A stretch of DNA of 64,000 nucleotides from an uncultured Desulfospira sp. (GCA_963663165.1 OY760175.1:5856001-5920000); one strand, 5' to 3'. Shown: positions 39,298-48,595, numbered from the stretch's first letter. Notes: generated by a model not told the origin, from the letters alone. Made by a program: numbers and translations.

Positions 39298-39777
39298 TTA
39301 ACCCAGATCCCCGGGGACCAGCTTGTTTCTGGCATCCCGGTAGATGCCCCGGAACACAAAGATACTGAACACGGGAAGCCCGGCATAATAGATCCATACC
39401 GGGATGCCAAGGGAGGCGGATTCGGCCTGGAACAGGGTGATTTCATCATAAATGGCCTGGATCATGAACCAGTTGATGACCACGAACAGCAGCGCTGCCA
39501 GCAAAGAATAAAAGACCACCACGGCCTGCTGCATTTTGGGGGGAAACATTCTAAAAAAAGTGACCATGCCCAGGTGCCCGCCCCGTTCAAAGGCTATGCC
39601 CATGCCGATGATGCTCATCCAGACAAACAGGTTGATGGTGATTTCCTCGGTGGCGGCAAATGAAAAATGAAAAATATACCGGCTTAAAATGTTAATAAAT
39701 GCAATCAGGGCCATGACCCCGAGCAGAATCGACACCAGCCAGTAGTCCAGCCGGATTCCCAAAAACCCTTTTTTCAC
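39298..39777 (-). CDS. dctQ: TRAP transporter small permease
   Basis: Four TM segments; SRY...TEE...FVW...GGHLG. Confidence 0.9.
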   Translation of the reverse strand: MKKGFLGIRLDYWLVSILLGVMALIAFINILSRYIFHFSFAATEEITINLFVWMSIIGMGIAFERGGHLGMVTFFRMFPPKMQQAVVVFYSLLAALLFVVINWFMIQAIYDEITLFQAESASLGIPVWIYYAGLPVFSIFVFRGIYRDARNKLVPGDLG

Positions 39778-39872
39778 ACCTTCCTCCCTTTTAGCTGTTA
39801 GCCATTAGCTTTTGGGCTGAACCGGCCGGCTGACAGCTAACTGCTAATAGCTAAAGGCTTTTACACAAAATG

Positions 39873-39908
39873 CCGTGTCCCGGAACCCCATGGGGCCCGG
39901 GACACGGT
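39873..39908 (-). terminator. Stem-loop downstream of dctP (terminator or mRNA stabiliser)
   Basis: CCGTGTCCCGG...CCCCATGGGG...CCGGGACACGG. Confidence 0.55.
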
Positions 39909-39950
39909 TAACCTTCATAATTCAAATGGGCTTTAACCGCAACCGCGGGC

Positions 39951-41009
39951 TTATTTGCCCATGTCCGCCGTTGCTTTTTCAACCACGTCTTTCCCGATTT
40001 TGTCTGCCCATTTGTCTGACACTGACTTGGTGGCGGCAATGAACGCCTCACGCTGTTCATCGGTCAGTTCAGAAACGGTCATCCCCTTTTCTTTCATGAA
40101 TTCCAGGGGCCCGGGCACTTCCATGGTAAAATTGAATTCATCTTTGAGGATATTGACAGAGGTGGTTCCGTCAAGGCCTGCCCGGGCCAGTGCCGTTTCA
40201 AACCGGCCGGCCTCCCGGGCTGCCGACAGAAGGGCATCCTGGATCTCTTTGGGAAAGGCCTTCCACTGGGTCTGGTTCCAGTAGAAAATCAGGGGATCCA
40301 CCAGATAGTTCCACAGGGTTACATGGCTGTGGTACTGGTGAATCTGAACCGGAACCAGAATCCCCACAGGGTTTTCCTGTCCGTCCACCACCCCCTGCTG
40401 GAAACCGGCCACGGCATCGCCCCAGTTCATGTTCACCGGGTCGGCGCCCAGGGCCCGGAAGGTATCGATAAACAAAGGATTTCCCACCACCCGGATTCTA
40501 AGTCCCTTCATGTCTGAAGGATTGGTAACGGCAAGCTTGCTGTTGGTGATCTGGCGGAACCCGTTTTCCGCCCAGGCCAGGGGCTCAAGCCGCTTGGCCC
40601 TCATGGCGTCAAACACGGCTTTGCCGGCGGTTCCGTTTTTGACCTTGTCCAGGTTTTCAAAGCTGTTCAGGAAAAAGGGAAGGTGAAAGATATTGGCCTG
40701 GGGGATCACAGGACTGATGTTGATGGTGGATTCCATGGCGCAGTCAATCACCCCTTTGGCCACCATCTGGGCGCTTTTGAGCTGGGCGCCTTTGAGCAGG
40801 GCAGAGCCGTAATAGGGTTTGACATTGATCTTCCCGTCGGTTTTTTCCTTGGCGAGTTCCGCAAACTTGGCGGCCCCCATTCCCCAGTAAAACTTGGGAC
40901 CGACATTGACCTGCATTTTGTACTCTTTTTTAAAGTCATCGGCCTGGGCCGCTGCTGCCGTGATCCCGAACAGTGCCGCTACCAGAAGCCATCCCATTTT
41001 TTTCATCAT
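39951..41009 (-). CDS. dctP: TRAP substrate-binding protein
   Basis: Signal peptide; ENGFRQITN, KGLRIRV, VVDGQENP. Confidence 0.93.
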   Translation of the reverse strand: MMKKMGWLLVAALFGITAAAAQADDFKKEYKMQVNVGPKFYWGMGAAKFAELAKEKTDGKINVKPYYGSALLKGAQLKSAQMVAKGVIDCAMESTINISPVIPQANIFHLPFFLNSFENLDKVKNGTAGKAVFDAMRAKRLEPLAWAENGFRQITNSKLAVTNPSDMKGLRIRVVGNPLFIDTFRALGADPVNMNWGDAVAGFQQGVVDGQENPVGILVPVQIHQYHSHVTLWNYLVDPLIFYWNQTQWKAFPKEIQDALLSAAREAGRFETALARAGLDGTTSVNILKDEFNFTMEVPGPLEFMKEKGMTVSELTDEQREAFIAATKSVSDKWADKIGKDVVEKATADMGK

Positions 41010-41192
41010 GTTGTTTCCTCCCCAATTATCATGGTTAATGGTGCATTATTTTCGTTAAGGTCCCTATCACACTTCTAATGTCAAGATCAAGCATGATTTT
41101 AATAAGTTGCATTGAATTAAACTCGGTTTGGCCAGAGCAAAAAAAAGGAAGGCCACGGGCAGGAAATCAAGCGGTGATGTTCCGGGGAAAAG

Positions 41193-41231
41193 AAAAACGG
41201 GCTTCCCGGATGTAGATCCGGAAAGCCCGTT
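41193..41231 (-). terminator. Intrinsic terminator of the 41250-44393 gene
   Basis: AACGGGCTTCCCGGAT-GTAG-ATCCGGAAAGCCCGTT with a U-run on the minus strand. Confidence 0.75.
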
Positions 41232-41249
41232 CATGGCAGGGGGTTGCTT

Positions 41250-44200
41250 TTATCTTTGGCGTGTTCTCGGAAGCCCGGCCATGGCCAGAAGACCTGCGGC
41301 CAGGAGACACAAAGAACCCGGAAGCGGCACGGAGGCGATCCCCGTTACGGCATAGATGCCGAGTGCTGTTGTGGTAAAGCTGGCATAGGTGCCGTCAAAG
41401 GCCAGATCCACGGCGTCGAACTCTTCCCACCCTGTTGTTGTCAGACACCAGATGGTCAGATCCAGGATATCGGATGCTGAACCGGCATCCAGCGACAGAT
41501 AGACCGGGTGTTCCGTGTCTACCGTATAATCTGATCCGGAAATCGAAAAGCTCCAGGCGGACAGGATCTCCTCATCGGTTCCGTAAATGATGCCATTGAG
41601 CATGCCATACGCATCGCCATAAGAAACGCTTATTTTCAGGTTAACCTCAGTTGAGTCGTCAGTGCCCAGAAAGCCTGCCCCTGCCGACAAACCCGAAGCC
41701 ATTGTCAGCAAGGCCCTTTGGTTGTCTTTAAGATCAAGGGCCATGGTTTCCCCGCTGGTTGTAGCCTTAACCGCATCAGCAACGGTTATAGTATGGTTGT
41801 CGGCATTCCATTTCCCGCCCAGGGCCTGGACAGTGCCCTCTCCGGTGATGGTGCCGTAATTCATTGGTACGTATTCGCCGGAGGCCGCACCGGCACCGGC
41901 CACAAGGCGGATGGTGCCCTCGTTGGCTATCTGTCCGGTCCAGCTGTTTTCCCCTGTTCCAACATTTACCTGACTGCTCACATCAACTGAAGTGATGGAA
42001 CTGCTGTTGATGCTGAGTTCAGAGGTACTGACCAGGCCGTCATCGCTGACGGACAGATATCCGGTACCGCTGCTTCCCACACGAATCGCATAATTACTGG
42101 TGCTGAAATCGGAGCCTGAACCATTAACCCTGACCGTCCCGGTGCCGCCAGTGGCGACACCGATTGACGCCCCGGAACTGGTAACGGAACCGCCGTTGGA
42201 AACGGTTAATGAGCCGGTTCCTTCATCTCCTACATAGAGAAAACTGCTGTTGGTCCATGTGGCATCTTTTCCGTCAACATTAACGGTCCCGATGCCGCCA
42301 GTGTCCTTGCCGATGAAAGCGGATGAACTGGTAACGGAACCGCCGTTGGAAATGGTCAATGAGCCGGTTCCTTCATCTCCTACATATAAGTTGCCGGTGT
42401 TGGTCCATGAGGACCCCTCACCATCAACAGCAACGGCCCCGCTGGCACCGGCCTTATATCCTATGTAGTTATAACCGCCTGTATTTGTAAATGATCCCCC
42501 ATTGGTGACAGTCAGCGTGCCCGTGCCGGAATTTCCTACATAAAACTTGCCGGCGTTGGCCCATGATGCTCCCTCACCGTCAATGGTAACGCTCCCGCTG
42601 GATTCGGAACCGGTGCCAATAAAGGTGCTTGTCCCGGTTGTTGTTACCGATCCTTTATTGGTGACCGTCAACTCTCCGGTGCCGCCATTCCCGATATAAA
42701 AGTTACCGCTGTTTTCCCATGAAGACCCCTCTCCGGTCACGGTAACGGTCCCGCTGGATCCGGACGATGTTCCTATAAAGCTGCCGGCCGTGGTGATTAC
42801 TGACCCGCCGTTGATGATCTCCAGGATGCCGGTGCCGCTGCGGCCCACATAAAAGTAACTGCCGCTGTTGCGCCATGAGGACCCGCTGCCATCAACAGTG
42901 GCAATACCGGTAGAGCCTTCGGAATACCCAAGATAACCTGAGCCGGATGCGACGGTCACGCCATTTTTTATGGTAAGGGACCCTTCTGCATTATATCCAA
43001 TCCCAAAGACACTGGAATCATCAAAATTTAAATTTATGGTAACGCTGTCTGCCAATAAAGATAAGGTGTTACTGCCGGGGTCTTCAAAACTAATATCCAA
43101 GTCACTGATGAGCCCGGCGGTGTTAATAGTGCCGGCACCTGACAGTTGAGAAAGGCTGCTGATATACAGGCTACCGGTTTCCAAGGTGCCGCCGTTACTC
43201 CCGAAAGCAATGCTCCCAAGTGTTCCTAAAATGGTATTATTTGTAATCGTAACCGTTGACTGGTTTAAAATATTAAGAATCCCCGTACCGTCTTTACCTA
43301 TATAAAGGCTGCCGGTGTTGGTCCATGAGGATTTCGCCCCATCAACCGTCACTGTTCCGACAGATCCGGAATCGTAACCGATATAGGTGGCCGTCGGGGT
43401 ATTCTCCACTAATCCGCCATGGGTTATATTCAGGGTCCCTGTGCCGGATTTGCCCACGTAAAGAGTCCCGCTGTTGGTCCATGTGGAGCCTTCCCCGTCA
43501 ACATTAACCGTCCCGTTGGCGTCTTCAGAATATCCGATATAGCTTGAGCTGCCTGTATTGGTAACTGATCCCCCTTTGGTGACGGTCAGGGTGCCGGTGC
43601 CGTAATACCCGGCATAAAATTTACTGGCGTTAGTCCATTTAGAGCCGTCTCCATCAACGGTAACGGTTCCGTTACCGGTGCTGCCTGATCCGATATAGCT
43701 ATAACTTGAACTGCCTGTATTTGTGACTGATCCTTTGTTGGCAATCTTCAGGGTGCCGGTACCGGCCCCCCCCACGTTGAGATTACCGTCGTTGGTCCAG
43801 GCAGATTGTGCCCCATCAACATTAACCGTCCCTTGAGAACCGAACGAAGATCCTATGGTACTGCCATTGACGCTCACGGATCCGCCATCAGAGATATTCA
43901 GTATGCCGGTGCCCGATCCCCCCACGTATACATAGCCGTCATTGCTCCAATTGGAGCCAGTCCCGTCTACGGTGACGGTTCCGTTGGAGCCCGACGAGTA
44001 ACCAATATAGTTATAGGTTCCTGTAGAGGTTACGGACCCTTTATCGGTTATTTCCAGTGTGCCGGTGCCCGATCTGCCTATATAGAGGTTGCCGCTGTTG
44101 CTCCATTTGGAGTCTTCTCCATCAACAAGGACGGTTCCCTCGGAACCGGACAAATACCCTATGGTTCCGATTTTAACAGCCAAAGTCGCTTTATCGGTAA

Positions 44201-44393
44201 TGGATAATGCCCCGGTCCCTGTGTAACCAATGTACGCTGAGGTTTCATCCGTCCAATTTTCAGGATCACTTTCGGGGATGACGTTTCCGCTGGCCGTTAG
44301 ACCTGCATAAGCAGTGGAAGCCATGAAAAGCCCCGCTGCCAGGATTGAAAATAACGTGCATAAAAATCGAGGTAAAAAAGAAATCCGTTTCAT
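41250..44393 (-). CDS. Large secreted repeat protein (T5SS/PEP-CTERM-associated repeats) with VPLP-CTERM signal; paralog of 32259-34277
   Basis: Start MKRISF (RBS GAAAGGA), signal peptide ending AYA, many ~50-aa GTVTVDGxGSxWxNxGxLYVGxxGTGxLxIxNGGSV repeats, C-terminus SVPLPGSLCLLAAGLLAMAGLPRTRQR. Confidence 0.9.
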   Translation of the reverse strand: MKRISFLPRFLCTLFSILAAGLFMASTAYAGLTASGNVIPESDPENWTDETSAYIGYTGTGALSITDKATLAVKIGTIGYLSGSEGTVLVDGEDSKWSNSGNLYIGRSGTGTLEITDKGSVTSTGTYNYIGYSSGSNGTVTVDGTGSNWSNDGYVYVGGSGTGILNISDGGSVSVNGSTIGSSFGSQGTVNVDGAQSAWTNDGNLNVGGAGTGTLKIANKGSVTNTGSSSYSYIGSGSTGNGTVTVDGDGSKWTNASKFYAGYYGTGTLTVTKGGSVTNTGSSSYIGYSEDANGTVNVDGEGSTWTNSGTLYVGKSGTGTLNITHGGLVENTPTATYIGYDSGSVGTVTVDGAKSSWTNTGSLYIGKDGTGILNILNQSTVTITNNTILGTLGSIAFGSNGGTLETGSLYISSLSQLSGAGTINTAGLISDLDISFEDPGSNTLSLLADSVTINLNFDDSSVFGIGYNAEGSLTIKNGVTVASGSGYLGYSEGSTGIATVDGSGSSWRNSGSYFYVGRSGTGILEIINGGSVITTAGSFIGTSSGSSGTVTVTGEGSSWENSGNFYIGNGGTGELTVTNKGSVTTTGTSTFIGTGSESSGSVTIDGEGASWANAGKFYVGNSGTGTLTVTNGGSFTNTGGYNYIGYKAGASGAVAVDGEGSSWTNTGNLYVGDEGTGSLTISNGGSVTSSSAFIGKDTGGIGTVNVDGKDATWTNSSFLYVGDEGTGSLTVSNGGSVTSSGASIGVATGGTGTVRVNGSGSDFSTSNYAIRVGSSGTGYLSVSDDGLVSTSELSINSSSITSVDVSSQVNVGTGENSWTGQIANEGTIRLVAGAGAASGEYVPMNYGTITGEGTVQALGGKWNADNHTITVADAVKATTSGETMALDLKDNQRALLTMASGLSAGAGFLGTDDSTEVNLKISVSYGDAYGMLNGIIYGTDEEILSAWSFSISGSDYTVDTEHPVYLSLDAGSASDILDLTIWCLTTTGWEEFDAVDLAFDGTYASFTTTALGIYAVTGIASVPLPGSLCLLAAGLLAMAGLPRTRQR

Positions 44394-44580
44394 CTTTTTC
44401 CTTTCTATGTTGAGGTTAATCCAGCTGTCGCCCAAATACCAATTTGCCGGATGGCACCAACCTTCAGGTCCTGGAATATCCGGGTTGACCGGCAGTTCGG
44501 CCCGTACTTTTTTCATGCTTTTATGCAGGAACCGTATCCCCCGCACAGAATGAAGGGAATTCAGTAAAGAAAAACGGAAA

Positions 44581-44600
44581 ACCTGGTAAAATCCCCAGGA
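44581..44600. promoter_or_regulatory. lux-box-like palindrome
   Basis: ACCTGGTAAAATCCCCAGGA: 20 bp, CT-N12-AG, CCTGG/CCAGG arms; lies between luxR and the repeat-protein gene. Confidence 0.6.
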
Positions 44601-44710
44601 TATAAAATTTAAAAAAAAGAAAAAATTTTCATAGAAAATGAGAATTTTGAGTAAGGTCCCATCCGGTTGATGCCGGGGAACAGGATTGGATTTGATTGAA
44701 ATTAGAATTG

Positions 44711-44771
44711 TGTTACATTTTTTTCACAATTGTCGCACATTTTTTTCACACTGTATTACATTTTTTTCCTA
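44711..44771 (-). promoter_or_regulatory. Three copies of the shared 18-bp box upstream of the 44393 CTERM gene
   Basis: Minus strand TAGGAAAAAAATGTAATA (44754-44771), TGTGAAAAAAATGTGCGA (44733-44750) and TGTGAAAAAAATGTAACA (44711-44728); offsets 21-22 bp. Confidence 0.78.
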
Positions 44772-44818
44772 TCATTTTTCCAGCAAAGGCAGGTTGCTTT
44801 ATGAGTGAACGATACCCC

Positions 44819-44944
44819 GTGTTTGGACGAAAAGTTGCCCAGATGCAAGGCGCAGGGGAATTTGCAACCGGAGCAACCTTTGGGGTTGTGAGGATTGTAA
44901 ATTCCCCTGCAACACAGCAGATGGGTGGCTTTTCGTTCAAACAC
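44819..44944. mobile_element. 126-bp MITE-like palindromic element
   Basis: Terminal inverted repeats GTGTTTGGACGAAAAG / CTTTTCGTTCAAACAC and inner stem GCAGGGGAATTTGCAA / TTGTAAATTCCCCTGC; an identical 18-bp right end occurs at 50061-50078. Confidence 0.6.
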
Positions 44945-44947
44945 CGT

Positions 44948-45718
44948 TTAATATTTTATGAGGCCTGAACTTAGCCCTAGGGCCACGGCCTGGCAGGCAT
45001 TGACCGCATCCAGTTTTTTTAAGACGTTGCCCATGTGGAACTCAACGGTTTTCTGGCTGATGGTAAGGATCCGGGAGATCTCCCAGGCGGTTTTGCCGGC
45101 GGCCGTCCAGGAGAGGATCTCGGATTCCCTTGGTGTCAGGCGCACCGCTTCCCGGGGCCGGTTCAGGATAACCTGTTTGACGGCCTGGCCCAGATGGGGA
45201 ACCAGGTATTCCAGTATTTTCCGGGTCCGTTCGGTCTTTTCCATCTTTCTTCCGGCAAGGGATATAATGGCGGCTTCCGTGGAACGCCTTCCCTGGAGGC
45301 TGTAAAGCCAGCCATCCTTAAGGCCCATGGATGCTGCCTCGGCCATGACCCGGGCGGACCGGTCGTTCTTTTCTTCATCCAGGCCGGGGATCCTGATATA
45401 GTCGGGCCAGTAAATCAGCCCTTTTTTAAGAAAGGCGGTCTTGGCAATATTGTCGTTGAGATAGTAATCTTTTTGGGCATACCGGATCTCCCATTCTTCC
45501 GGGAATCCGGTGACCATGTGAAAGGACCCCATTCGTTTGGCGGCAAATTCACTGTAGTCGCCAACCCCGCACCGGGCATGGGAAAACGGGACAAGGGCCT
45601 TGGATTGCCGGAGCAGACCTTGAAACTCAAGGGGGGTTCGACAATTAAGGCTTAAGTGGATAATGTCCAGCATCCGGGTGAATTCGGGAGGGGTCAGGTC
45701 GAGGGTTTGTTTCAGCAT
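44948..45718 (-). CDS. LuxR-family regulator with autoinducer-binding domain (no luxI in the window)
   Basis: FPEEWEIRY...YYLNDN...IYW...GLKDG ligand-domain motifs; HTH LTPRESEILSWTAAGKTAWEISRIL...TVEFH. Confidence 0.9.
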   Translation of the reverse strand: MLKQTLDLTPPEFTRMLDIIHLSLNCRTPLEFQGLLRQSKALVPFSHARCGVGDYSEFAAKRMGSFHMVTGFPEEWEIRYAQKDYYLNDNIAKTAFLKKGLIYWPDYIRIPGLDEEKNDRSARVMAEAASMGLKDGWLYSLQGRRSTEAAIISLAGRKMEKTERTRKILEYLVPHLGQAVKQVILNRPREAVRLTPRESEILSWTAAGKTAWEISRILTISQKTVEFHMGNVLKKLDAVNACQAVALGLSSGLIKY

Positions 45719-45756
45719 AGATATCTTAAATAATAAAAATAAAATCAGGGTAATTA

Positions 45757-45786
45757 ATGGTAACCGGCCAATAGCTTGACGTCAAG
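45757..45786 (-). promoter_or_regulatory. sigma70-type promoter of luxR overlapped by palindrome CTTGACGTCAAG
   Basis: Minus strand TTGACG-17 bp-TACCAT; perfect 12-bp palindrome at 45775-45786 covers the -35 element. Confidence 0.5.
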
Positions 45787-45844
45787 GGACTCGGAAAAAA
45801 ATAAATCCCGCATTTTGCTTGCCTTTTTATCCGTGTCCCCAATT

Positions 45845-47122
45845 TCAATTGTTCGTTGGCAGTTGCTCAATCAGATATTCAACGGCCTTTTCAATTTGCA
45901 CATCCTTGCCCTGGCAGTACCGGATGTCAAAGGGGACTTCAATGTCCGGTTCAACCCCGACGCCTTCAAGGTTCACCCCGTCAATAAAACAGTGTTGCAC
46001 CGCAAGAAAAAGCAGGTCTTTATTGGACAGGGTAAACAGGCGCCCTCCCAGGGTATGACCCGGGGTGGCTTCCCCCATCACCGTTGCCAGTTTGTATTTC
46101 CTTGCGCCGAACACCAGAAGTTCTTTGCCGCTACGGCTGAATGCATTGACCAGATAGACTGAAGGTTTTCGCCATTGGGAGTCAACGACGCTTTTTTTGC
46201 CGTCTTTGTCGATCATTTCAAGCACGGGAATGTTCCGGTTGAAGATGTTCAGGTAATAGGGCCACGCGCCGCCTAAGCCATACCGCAGATCAATGATTAA
46301 GGCATCGGCATCTTTTAATTCTCCCCATACCAGTGCGTTGATCAATTCCCGATGGTATTCTTCGCCGGCATAAGAATATATATGGATATATCCGATCCGT
46401 TTCCCGGCCTGTTCCATGATCCGGACGCTAGCCTTTTGGGCGGCTAGCATTTCCTGTTTGGGGTTAACCTGCTGTGGGGTGATGGCGATGTTAATTGGCG
46501 CCGCCTGTTTCTGCCTTCTGATTTCAAAGGCGGCCTTGCCATCTGCGACTGCCCGTAAAGAGGCCACCGGTTGATAAGGTGCCCCATTGACACTTAGGAT
46601 TTCATCTCCTTTTAACAGCCCGGCTTTTTCGGCAATGCTTCCGGCAAGAACACAACCGATAAATGTTTTTTCCCTGAAGGTCCGGGAGATGATGCCAACA
46701 CTTGGATACGTTACCGTTCGTCCTTGAAACAGGGCACCGATTTCCGGAATTTTTGAAAATAAAGCGGCCAGTTGATAATATTCATAGTCATCAGGGGTTA
46801 AATAATAGGTGTGGGAGGCCTTCAGTTCATTAAGCATGGCGTTCATTAAAGCGCAGAATTCTTCGCGGGTGGCAATTCCCGTCAATTGCCGGCGGTACTT
46901 TTTTTTGATGGCGGGAAACTCCCGGGTGATCTGGTCCGGGTTGTAAAAGTGCGTCTCTATGATGGTGACGGCTTCATCAAACAGATCAGAATAGGGGCCT
47001 TTCATGGCCGCCAATGTTTCAAAAGGTACGCCCATGGCCAGTACCCACAACATGGCTGTAAAAACAAGGCATGGGTTCTTTTTGAAATGTTTTCCAATCA
47101 TTCTAATGAAGTATCCCCCCAT
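45845..47122 (-). CDS. S41-family peptidase with PDZ domain
   Basis: Signal-like N-terminus, ASHT, AGLLKGDEILSVNG (PDZ), IIDLRYGLGG, SRSGKE, EGVGVEPDI. Confidence 0.88.
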   Translation of the reverse strand: MGGYFIRMIGKHFKKNPCLVFTAMLWVLAMGVPFETLAAMKGPYSDLFDEAVTIIETHFYNPDQITREFPAIKKKYRRQLTGIATREEFCALMNAMLNELKASHTYYLTPDDYEYYQLAALFSKIPEIGALFQGRTVTYPSVGIISRTFREKTFIGCVLAGSIAEKAGLLKGDEILSVNGAPYQPVASLRAVADGKAAFEIRRQKQAAPINIAITPQQVNPKQEMLAAQKASVRIMEQAGKRIGYIHIYSYAGEEYHRELINALVWGELKDADALIIDLRYGLGGAWPYYLNIFNRNIPVLEMIDKDGKKSVVDSQWRKPSVYLVNAFSRSGKELLVFGARKYKLATVMGEATPGHTLGGRLFTLSNKDLLFLAVQHCFIDGVNLEGVGVEPDIEVPFDIRYCQGKDVQIEKAVEYLIEQLPTNN

Positions 47123-47156
47123 TTCATTTCCTTGAGGCGGGTTTAAACCATACCGC

Positions 47157-47645
47157 CTATAATCTTATAATCTTCGGGGCCTGGCCGATATGTTCCAGGA
47201 ATTTGACCAGGTCTTTTGCGGCAATGGTGGTGGTGGCCGTGTTGACCAGGGGGTGAAAGTTTAACAGGTCGTTTTCCATCATTTCTTCGTCCAGGATGAT
47301 GTTGACTTCATGATCCTGGATGTTGACGGCCGCAAAGGGGGTGACGGCCCCGGGGATCATGCCCAGAACTTCCATGAGCAGGTCAGGTTTGGCAAAGGAC
47401 AGGTTGTTGGCCCCGATGGTTTTGCCCACCGCCTTGATGTTGATGGGTTTGTCAGACAAGGTGACCACCAGAAACAGCCGTTTCTTTTTATCTTTGAAAA
47501 ACAGATTTTTACTGTGGACACCGTCAATGCCCTCATGGTGAAGGTTGGCCTCTTCCACGGTAAACACCGCCGGATGCTCGTGGTTGGTATATGCAATGCC
47601 GATGTCACTGAACAGGGTGAACAGCTCTTCAGGGGTTCGGGACAT
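47157..47645 (-). CDS. YbaK/ProX-family aminoacyl-tRNA editing protein
   Basis: HPAVFTVEE, SKNLFFKDKK, PGAVTPF, FHPLVNTAT. Confidence 0.9.
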   Translation of the reverse strand: MSRTPEELFTLFSDIGIAYTNHEHPAVFTVEEANLHHEGIDGVHSKNLFFKDKKKRLFLVVTLSDKPINIKAVGKTIGANNLSFAKPDLLMEVLGMIPGAVTPFAAVNIQDHEVNIILDEEMMENDLLNFHPLVNTATTTIAAKDLVKFLEHIGQAPKIIRL

Positions 47646-47655
47646 GGTTTCTCCT

Positions 47656-48417
47656 CTAAAAATAATTTTTATATATCAACCGGACAATGGTTAAAAACAC
47701 CATGGTCAGGAAAATGGGCCGGATAAAGGCGGCCCCCCTTTTAATGGCCATGCCCGACCCGATCCTGGCCCCGATGATCTGGCCGGCGGCCATGGTCAGG
47801 CCGGCCGGGTACAGGACGTTACCGCCGATGATAAACACGCTTAAGGCCACAATGTTGGAGGTGAAGTTCATGATCCGGGTGGTGCCCGATGCCGCGGTCA
47901 AGTCAAGGCCGAGCAGGATCAGCATGGCCCCGGTCCAGAACGACCCTGTGCCGGGCCCGAAAAAACCGTCATAAAATCCCAGGATCAGGCCAAAGATCAT
48001 AAAGAACAGGTTTTTTCCCATTTTGGGGTCCCGGGCGGCCCGGCCCAGGTTTTTGGAAAACAGGGTGTAAAAAAAGACAAACAACAGCAGCCCCGGGATA
48101 ATATGGCGGATAAACCCGGCCTGGATCTGCTGGATGGCAAAGGCGCCTATGGCTGCACCCAAAAAAGTAAAACCGATGCCGTAAAGGCTTTCATCCATTT
48201 TTACCACCCCGGTTCTAATAAAATTCCAGGATGCCGAAAAAGAGCCGAAACTGCCCTGAAGCTTGTTGGTCCCCAGGGCAAGGGTAGGGGGAAGCCCCAC
48301 AGAAAGCAGCATGGGAAGGGAAATCAGACCGCCGCCCCCGGCAATGGAGTCCACAAACCCGGCACAGAGCCCGGTTAAAAAAAGAATCCCGTAATGGACA
48401 ACTGAAAGCTCAATCAT
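47656..48417 (-). CDS. TSUP (TauE/SafE) family membrane transporter
   Basis: GFVDSIAGGGGLI, ALGTNK, GFYDGFFGPGTG. Confidence 0.92.
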   Translation of the reverse strand: MIELSVVHYGILFLTGLCAGFVDSIAGGGGLISLPMLLSVGLPPTLALGTNKLQGSFGSFSASWNFIRTGVVKMDESLYGIGFTFLGAAIGAFAIQQIQAGFIRHIIPGLLLFVFFYTLFSKNLGRAARDPKMGKNLFFMIFGLILGFYDGFFGPGTGSFWTGAMLILLGLDLTAASGTTRIMNFTSNIVALSVFIIGGNVLYPAGLTMAAGQIIGARIGSGMAIKRGAAFIRPIFLTMVFLTIVRLIYKNYF

Positions 48418-48595
48418 AATCGGCTATAAATACTTGAAAGCACCATGAATTAACAGCCTTTTTTTGCCCATCGGCGGTTGACGGCCTATTAGCGCCCAAT
48501 AATTCAAAGGAATCGAAAATCCGGTCTCCCGTTTCCGGCATTCGGTTTCCCCTTTTTCCAGTATCTTGAGTGGACAAATAATTTTTAAATTTGTA

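Noticed and set aside
38815..39663. Long antisense ORFs (e.g. 38815-39663, 57134-57787, 21084-21737, 45035-45655)
   Set aside because: Shadow frames of well-supported genes on the opposite strand; no RBS or family motifs
44394..44546. N-terminal extensions in the ORF track (also 39285-39449, 24283-24372, 7243-7278, 60229-60279)
   Set aside because: Downstream ATGs have RBSs and give proper signal peptides or family N-termini; the extensions overlap other genes or regulatory DNA
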